Assembly: GCA_002269645.1 (NCBI GenBank)
Contig: NIVC01002053.1
Span: 62,001-126,000 of the forward strand
Reading direction: 5' to 3'
Length of the DNA stretch: 64,000 bases
Source: Macrostomum lignano
Lineage: Eukaryota
Numbering within the stretch: position 1 is the first letter of the stretch; every line of letters starts with the position of its first letter. The notes under the pieces were generated by a model. The model had not been told where the DNA came from. It did not search any database and was given only the letters and a program-made list of their open reading frames with translations. A program made the position numbers and the translations under genes. Positions 12,001 through 21,000 of this stretch are shown piece after piece.

Positions 12001-15000
12001 CCTAAGAAAGTTGTGGTGTGACGAAGCTGGCGAAAAATAAAATTGTTGGCCAAAACAGCTGCGGGCACTCTTATGTTTTCCTGCCCTATATGGGCGTATA
12101 TCTTTCCTGCTTGGAACTTTCTGCTCTCTCTTTTCGATAGCAAACCGAGTTTTTATTGGCGCTTGAACCGAATATCTTAAACTATTTCGACGTCTAACAT
12201 ATTGTGTCGAACATCTCTGCGTCCAACATCTGTGTCTAACATCTGTGTCTAACATCTGTGTCTAACATCTGTGTCTAACATCTGTGTCTAACATCTGTGT
12301 CTACATCTCTGTGTCTAACATCTGTGTCTAACATATGTGTCTAACATCTGTGTTTAACATCTGTGTTTACATCTCTGTGTCTAACATCTGTGTCTAACAT
12401 CTGTGTTTAACATCTGTGTTTACATCTCTGTGTCTAACATCTGTGTCTAACATCTGTGTCTAACATCTGTGTTTAACATGTCTAACATATCTGTGCCGAA
12501 CATCTTTATTGCTAGCATATATGTGTCTATCATCTTTGTGTCTAGCATGTGAAGTACTACTCCTTCTCGGGTTCTTGAAGATGTTCCTAGAAATAGAACC
12601 CGCTGCTCCTGAAGTAGCTAGATAGCACCGTTGTACTACCTATCGATTTGCCTGAAAATGAACCTAAAACGTTAGCCTTGACTTGGTAGGGTTGCTGCCA
12701 CCTTGGTGTGCGGACTCGACGCGTCGGCAGAGTTGTCTATCCGTCACCTGAAATAAAATAACGAAGTCGCTCGGAGCAAAGGCAAATCTGAAAAATGTCT
12801 CGACAGTCGATCGTCCTAGTAGAATGCTGCTCGAACCTGAAAACCTGAAAACCTGAAATGAGAGAGGAGAGCTCGGAGGCAGAGGCAGCTCCAGTCGAGG
12901 AAGCTCCCGAACGCGGCTCACGACCTGGAGAAAAACGGCTCTCAGATGCTCCGTATTTATAGCCGAGCGGACCCCCAAAAGTCACGTGAGTTTCATGCGG
13001 TGAGCGCGTGAAACTTCCTTATTTGGTCACTAAAATCATGCGAGCGGTGCGTGATTCAAGGCCAACTTCCAAATAAGGCAACCCTGTCACGCAGTAGTGG
13101 CGTGACTCAAGGTCAGTGGCCACGCACAAGTGTGCGTGCACAGTCACGTGCTTATTCTGTGCTAAAAATAGAACTTGGGCGGATGAGTCATCCTGTTTAC
13201 TCCCTCTAGGCAGCCATTACACTCCGTAGACATAGAGTGTGGCTGCCCGCGCCTACTCAGGCGATGAGTCATCGGGCAGTAAACACAAAGGCCCAGCACA
13301 GGGTAACTCTCTCACTAGATCAGGTGGACTGAGCTACTGTGCAGCGGATCACAGCACTCTTAGGGAAAGCTTGTGAATACTGCTGAATATCCAGTTAGCA
13401 GCCAGTCACTACACATGAGTGTCTAACATCTGTGTCTAACGTCAGTGTCTAACATCCGTATCTAACATCTGTATTTAACATCCGTATCAAACATCCATAT
13501 CTATAATCTTTAACTAACATCCGTATCTAACATTTGTATATAACATCTCTATCTAACATTCGTATCTAACATCCGTATCTACATCTTGTCTAACATTCGT
13601 ATCTACATCTTGTCTAACATTCGTATCTAACATCTGTATTTAACATCCGTATCTAACACCCGTATCTACATCTTGTCTAACGTCTATCTAACATCTGTGT
13701 CTAAGATCTGTGTCTTTGTGTCTAACGTCAGTGTCTAACATCCGTATCTAACATACATGCAGCTGTGTCGAACTTATCTGTTTAACAGCTTATTATCTAG
13801 CAGTTGGTTGATAGGAATTGTCTGAGAACACATCAAGGACAAAATAACAGGCTGCTCCTGATCAAATATTTGTTTATAAGCTTCCTTTTAAGCCATAGAG
13901 ATAGGAAGGGGCAACATCAAGTTAATTAAGTGCCGGCAGAAATGAAACACCCGAGACTGAAACTCAGCCTCAGCCAAGCCAAGAAGTACACAGAGCACTT
14001 CAGTGCCCTGGGATAGCCGAAGAGCCCGACTCAGGCGTATCGAAAACTGGCCAGACATGGGCATGAGCTAGCAAGATTCTTTATGGCCTCCAGCTTATTA
14101 AGTGGGCTGCTGGCTGAGTGCAAATATGGAGTGTTGTGCCCGGCCACCCCACTCTCCCTGCAGCTCCCCTGCTTTGCACTCTTGCTCCCGTCTCCTGCCG
14201 TGCCTTCCCCTTCTCCCCTTCCTATCTGCTCACATCACCTCATCTCTGCCGATGTCATCCCCATCTCTACCGATGCCATCCCCATCTCTACTGATGTCAT
14301 CCCCATCTCTACCGATGTCATCCCCATCTCTACCGATGCCATCCCCATCTCTACCGATGTCATCCCCATCTCTACCGATGCCATCCCCATCTCTACTGAT
14401 GTCATCCCCATCTCTACCGATGTCATCCCCATCTCTGCCGATGTCATCCTCATCTCTACCGATGTCATCCCCATCTCTACCGATGCCATCCTCATCTCTA
14501 CCGATGCCATCCCCATCTCTGCCGATGTCATCCTCATCTCTACCGATGCCATCCCATCTCCCTCACACATCACCCCATCTCCCTCACACATTACCCCATC
14601 TCCCTTACACATCACCCCATCTCCCTCACACATCACCCATCTCCCTCACACATCACCCATCTCCCTCACACATTACCCCATCTCCCTCACACATCACCCC
14701 ATCTCCCTCACACATTACCCCATCTCCCTTACACATCACCCCATCTCCCTCACACATCACCCCATCTCCCTCACACATTACCCCATCTCCCTCACACATT
14801 ACCCCATCTCCCTCACACATCACCCCATCTCCCTCACACATCACCCATCTCCCTCACACATCACCCATCTCCCTCACACATCACCCATCTCCCTCACACA
14901 TTACCCCATCTCCCTCACACATCACCCCATCTCCCTCGCACATTACCCCATCTCCCTCACACATCACCCCATCTCCCTCACACATCACCCATCTCCCTCA

Positions 15001-18000
15001 CACATTACCCCATCTCCCTCACACATTACCCCATCTCCCTCACACATCACCCCATCTCCCTCACACATCACCCATCTCCCTCACACATCACCCATCTCCC
15101 TCACACATTACCCATCTCCCTCACACATTACCCCATCTCCCTCACACATTACCCCAACTCCCTCACACATCACCCATCTCCCTCACACATCACCCATCTC
15201 CCTCACACATCACCCCATCTCTCTCACGCTCGCCATCCCCAGATTGCCCCACCCAACAGCCAGTTTCTATCTCTTATCACTCAGGCCATTGATTTCTCCG
15301 CCTATATTTAAATAATGATCTCATTCCTCTCCCCTACAGCCCCCGTTTCAATCCGGCTGCATGTGTTTCTCCAATTTGTGCAGCAAAGCCCCAATCCAGG
15401 CCGGGATGCGAGCCCAAGACTAGCGAGCATGAACAGGAGCGCCTCCATTTTCCCTGAGGATTTTCCGCGGGCCTGTCAATTTTGTTCCTCAGCGCCGGGA
15501 TGTCCTCATTATCGCACAGGAACAGGCGCGGCCTGGGGACTCTGCATCTCTAAGTAGGGTCTTCTTCTTCTTCTTCACTTTTCCTCTCTTATTTTCTGTT
15601 GATTGGTTCCGCCCAGCGCCTGGCTACTTGAACAAGATTGCCCCCCCTGCGCGCCGAAAGTTTGTATTTTCATGCCAGCATGCGAGCTGTAGATACGGTG
15701 AGCAGAATCTTCATCGACCGAGCAGTCCAACGCTGCTGGTTTGCTGTTTCTGCTGCCGGGGCAGGGAGAGAAAGCCAAGCGTTTGAAGGAGAAGCGAGCG
15801 AAGAGAGGCGAGAGAGGATGGATCAGGGGGGGGGCAAATAGAGTAGGAATGCCAAAAAGACTGGCTCTCCCAGTAGGTCTCGGCCGAATCAATATTCAAT
15901 TTTTGCCTTTACTTATTCATAAGCTGGGCGAGCACTAGGGGCAATGATACTGGCTGAGATAGTGTGCATTATAGATAAGATATAGGTGCTGTGTCATTAT
16001 CCTAGCCTCTGGGCCGGCTTTTAAGTATAGAAAAATTTCTAATCAATATTTGTACAGGTCTCTACTGTTTCATAGTCCCCATGGTACCCCCCACTGTGTC
16101 TATGACCCCTAAAGCCTATATGACTCCTTCACAGTCTATGACTCCCCCACAGTCTCTATGACTCCCCCACAGTCTCTATGACTCCCCCATAGTCTCTATG
16201 GCTCCCCCATAGTTTCTATGGCTCCCCCATAGTCTCTATGGCTCCCCCATAGTTTCTATGGCTCCCCCATAGTCTCTATGACTCCCCCCATAGTCTCTAT
16301 GACTCCCCCGCAGTCTCTATGACTCCCCCGCAGTCTCTATGACTCCCCCACAGTCTCTATGGTTCCCCCATAGTCTCTATGACTCCCCCCATAGTCTCTA
16401 TGACTCCCCCGCAGTCTCTATGACTCCCCCGCAGTCTCTATGACTCCCCCACAGTCTCTATGGTTCCCCCATAGTCTCTATGACTCCCCCACAGTCTCTA
16501 TGACTCCCCCGCAGTCTCTATGACTCCCCCGCCGCAGTCTCTATGACTCCGCCACAGTCTCTATGACTTCCACACAGAGTCCATGACTAACCACAGAGTC
16601 TATGACTCCCCCACAGTCTCTATGACTCCCCCATAGTCTCTATGGCTCCCCCATAGTCTCTATGACTCCCCCACAGTCTCTCTGACTCCCCCACAGTCTC
16701 TATGACTCCCCCGCAGTCTCTATGGCTTCCCCATAGTCTCTATGATCCCCTATATAGTGTCTATGACTGCCTACAGTTTCTATGACTCCCCACAGTCTTT
16801 ATGCGTGACTCACGCTGCCATCGCGGACTCTCTCAGCCCCGAGCTCCGCACTGGCCCGCGCGGACATCTCGGGCGACGCCAAGTCCGAGTCGTACTTTAT
16901 CATCGGCGGGCTGGACTCCCGCTTGTTCTCAACCTCAGCTGCAGTGTCTTTAGCAGCCTCCTTATCGGATGAGCAGCTGTCGCTGGACTCTTGCTTGGAT
17001 TCTTCCGTGATCAGCTGCTTGACAATTTCCTGGCTCTCTGCTTTTGCATCCGTAGCAATGGAGTTCTTCTGCTCAGCATTCGGTTCCGCTGTGCTCAAGA
17101 GACTAAGCTGAGCAGACAGCGACTCCGCACCGGATGCCACGCTGGCTGCGTAGGCCGCCAGGTCCATCGCTGGAGGTTCTTCACATTTGTTGCTGTCGGT
17201 GGGCGATGAGGGCAGCTGCTGTTGCTGAGCTGGCGGCTCAGCCTGCGGCGTCTCGGCCTCCGCTGCAGCCGGAGACGGGTGCGCCTCATCGTAGTGCGGC
17301 CTGGCCGGAGGCAGCAGGGGGCTGCTGGGCCTGCCCTCCGTTGCGGATGACTGCGGTGTGGAGGTGCGGCAGAATGTACTTTGTTCGCGTGTGTCTGTGT
17401 GTGTGGATCTGCTATTTGCAGCTGTCTTCTGTCGTTTTCCCTGAAAGTAAAACAACTTTTTGGAATGCCGATTCCATAAGCTCTACTGGCAGACAGTACC
17501 ATGGCTAGATCATTTTGAGTAGACATATTGTGACAATCTTTGTCAAGAAGTCTTTGCTGATTGGGCATCGCTGATCTTCAATTGTCCCATTTCCATCTCA
17601 TCTCACCGCTGCAGATCCAATTCGATCTATCCTTGCTCTTCTCCCTCTTCATCTCGTCTCACCGTTGCACATATCATCCCTCCCTCTCTCGTCTCATCTC
17701 TACTTCCCAATCTCTTGTCTCCCTGTCCCTGTAATCATACACCCCAATTCATCCCCATAACTCTAGTCACTCCGCTCCCCTCACAAAATCTCCCATCTCT
17801 GCATCCTCAAGCAGGCTGCTGATGCTCACGTGACCCCGGACCAGGGTGTTCATCATGGCCGCGGACTGGTGGTGCCGCAGCCCGTGGAACCAGGAGCCGC
17901 TGCTGGCAGCCAGATGGCGCCGCTGCTGGCAAACCGCGCATATCCACTCGGCGAACTTGAAATCGAATAGAAAATTGAAAACCGTTAGTCTGTGATGTAT

Positions 18001-21000
18001 AAAAATTTTAAACTGATCACTTTAGCTGAATTTAATTAGTCTAGGGCCGAATGCGAAATGTCTGTGGCCAAGACCCGATAACTCACCCGGTGTCCGAACT
18101 CTTCGGCCTTCAGTAGCTAGAATTCATTCGGACACCCGATGACTCACCCGGTGTCCAAACTCTTCGGCCTTCAGTAGCTAGAATTCATTCGGACACCCGA
18201 TGACTCACCCGGTGTCCGAACTCTTCGGCCTTCAGTAGCTAGAATTCATTCGGACACCCGATGACTCACCCGGTGTCCGAGTTCTTCGGTCTTCAGTAGC
18301 TAGAATTCTTTCGGACACCCGATGACTCACCCGGTGTCCGAGTTCTTCGGCCTTCAGTCATCTGGTGGCTAGAATTCATTCGGTAGCTAGAATCTGGTAG
18401 CTAGAATTCATTCGGACACCCGATGACTCACCCGGTGTCCGAGTTTTTCAGCCTTCAGTAGCTAGAATTTATTCGGACACCCGATGACTCACCCGGTGTC
18501 CGAGTTTTTCAGCCTTCAGTAGCTAGAAGTCATTCGGACACCCGATGACTCACCCGGTGTCCGAGTTTTTCAGCCTTCAGTAGCTAGAATTTATTCGGAC
18601 ACCCGATGACTCACCCGGTGTCCGAGTTTTTCAGCCTTCAGTAGCTAGAAGTCATTCGGACACCCGATGACTCACCCGGTGTCCGAGTTTTTCAGCCTTC
18701 AGTAGCTAGAATTTATTCGGACACCCGATGACTCACCCGGTGTCCGGTATCTTGGCAGAAGCTGCCACAGTCGTAGCAGACCAGCCTGCGGCATTCGCGG
18801 CACCGGTAATCGTCTCTGGTCGAGTTCACCGGATTCTCCGCGCACAGCGGGCAGCTGCTGGACTGGCATCCGCCTGCCGACTGGCGCTTTGACTGCACCG
18901 ACTGTTCCAGGATGCTGCAGATGAGGCACGGTGGGGGAATGGTCAGCTTCTATGAGTGAGTGACTGAGGGGGATTGATATCCTTCAGTGAGTGACTGAGG
19001 GGAAATGATATCCTTCAGTGTGTGACAGAAGGGAAATGATATCCTTCAGTGAGTGACTGAGGGAAAATGATATCCTTCAGTGAGTGACTGAGGGGAAATG
19101 ATATCCTTCAGTGAGTGACTGAGGGGAATTGATATCATTCAGTGAGTTACAGAAGGGAAATGATATCCTTCAGTGAGTGACAGAAGGGAATTGATATCCT
19201 TCAGTGAGTGACTGAGGGGAAATGATATCCTTCAGTGAGTGACAGAAGGGAAATGATATCATTCAGTAACTTACAGAAGGGAATTGATATCCTTCAGTGA
19301 GTGACTGAGGGGAATTGATATACTTCAGTGAGTGACAGAAGGGAAATGATATCCTTCAGTGTGTGACAGAAGGGAAATGATATCCTTCAGTGAGTGACTG
19401 AGGGGAAATGATATCCTTCAGTGAGTGACAAAGGGGAAATGATATCCTTCAGTGAGTGACAAAGGGGAAATGATATCCTTCAGTGAGTGACAAAGGGGAA
19501 ATGATATCCTTCAGTGAGTGACAAAGGGGAATTGATATCCTTCAGTGAGTGATAAAGGGGAATTGATATCCTTCAGTGAGTGATAAAGGGGAATTGATAT
19601 CCTTCAGTGAGTGACAAAGGGGAATTTATATCCTTCAGTGAGTGACAAAGGGGAAATGTTCAGCTCTGATAGATAAAAAAGGCTTTATATTTAGCAAAAT
19701 TCTCTTAATCACGAACAGCCATTAGACAAAGCATATCAGTTTTCTGGCTAAGCGCCAGAGCCAATCAGTAAGGGGGATAATCTTGCTTTTGTTAAGGCCG
19801 CGAATATTAGTCACGAATAACTGCGATAATTGCTCCTCCACTGCTCAGCTGTACACAGGTACGCCTGATAGTTAATAACCCCCCCTATCCCTGGCACAGG
19901 AGCCGACAGGTGGCAGACAGAGCCTTCATTGAGTCTGGAATCCGGGACGCTGGCCTCTTTTCAAACAGGCTTCAGACACAGCGGCTAACTGAAGCAAGAC
20001 AAGGAACTAAACATATTCATCCCCTTTGTCGCTTTTTCTCTCTCTTTTCGCAATCCTCTAAGAACTGCCAACCCCAACGAGCTTTCCCTGCTTTTCCTCT
20101 CCGAGTTGTCCCCACCGAGTTTCCCCACCGAGTTTCCCCACCGAGTTTCCCCACCGAGTTTCCCCACCGAGTTTCCCCACCGAGTTTCCCCACCGAGTTT
20201 CCCCACCGAGTTTCCCCACCGAGTTTCCCCACCCAGTTTCCCCACCGAGTTTCCCCACCGAGTTTCCCCACCGAGTTTCCCCACCGAGTTTCCTCACCGA
20301 GTTTCCCCACCGAGTTTCCCCACCGAGTTTCCTCACCGAGTTTCCCCACCGAGTTTCCCCACCGAGTGTCTTGAATACACTGGCGCTTATGGGAAAAATC
20401 CAACCTTCTAGCAGAATCGTTGAATGTCTCGACTGGACCTGGGTTCGGCTCGATGTCACCGGCCCTGAGCAGGAGCGTGGAGAGCCGGCGGGCCTCGCTA
20501 CCAGTGAGTTGCGCACCTTATTTGAGAAGGTGCGCAACAAAAAGTTAGGCCGTGTTCTGGAATTTCGTGTGCCTGCGTTGCTTCGTTCCGGCGTAGCAAA
20601 AAACTTGTCGAAGGGGGGACCCCCTCTGGGTAGATTAACGGGCGGAAAATGGCGTATTTCTACTGTTAATGATTTTAGGATTCTCCGGATTTTTTAGTAT
20701 TTAATGACGATTCAACCGACTCGAATAGAATGGAAGGCGCTGGTTTCTGCGTACGGAAGGCCAGTGAGGAAGTGGCGGCAGAGAATCATACAGTTGACAA
20801 ACATCAGGGCAGCAGCTAGGTGGCTGAACGAAAAGTTGGGAAGCTGGCAGGACGCGACGCGACGGTCACTCCAGCGTCCCAGGCGATGAACGCGCCGACA
20901 TGCTTGCAGCTCTCGACCGGCCTGGAAGGGCCCGGGCGGGAAGCAGTCAAAGCTCCGGTGACTGCGTGGCTCTGGAGGCCTAGGACCCGGACCCAGGAGC

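Noticed and set aside
11660-15940. GC-rich patches at 11660-11890, 14083-14230 and 15320-15900 as additional exons
   Set aside because: No recognisable motifs or confidently phased splice pairs; the model is in frame without them
18075-18745. Hammerhead ribozyme or CRISPR-like array in the palindromic 61-bp repeat (CCGATGA...CGAA)
   Set aside because: The core is CCGATGA rather than CTGANGA, stem II does not close and GAAA is absent; there are no unique spacers or cas genes, and the context is a eukaryotic intron
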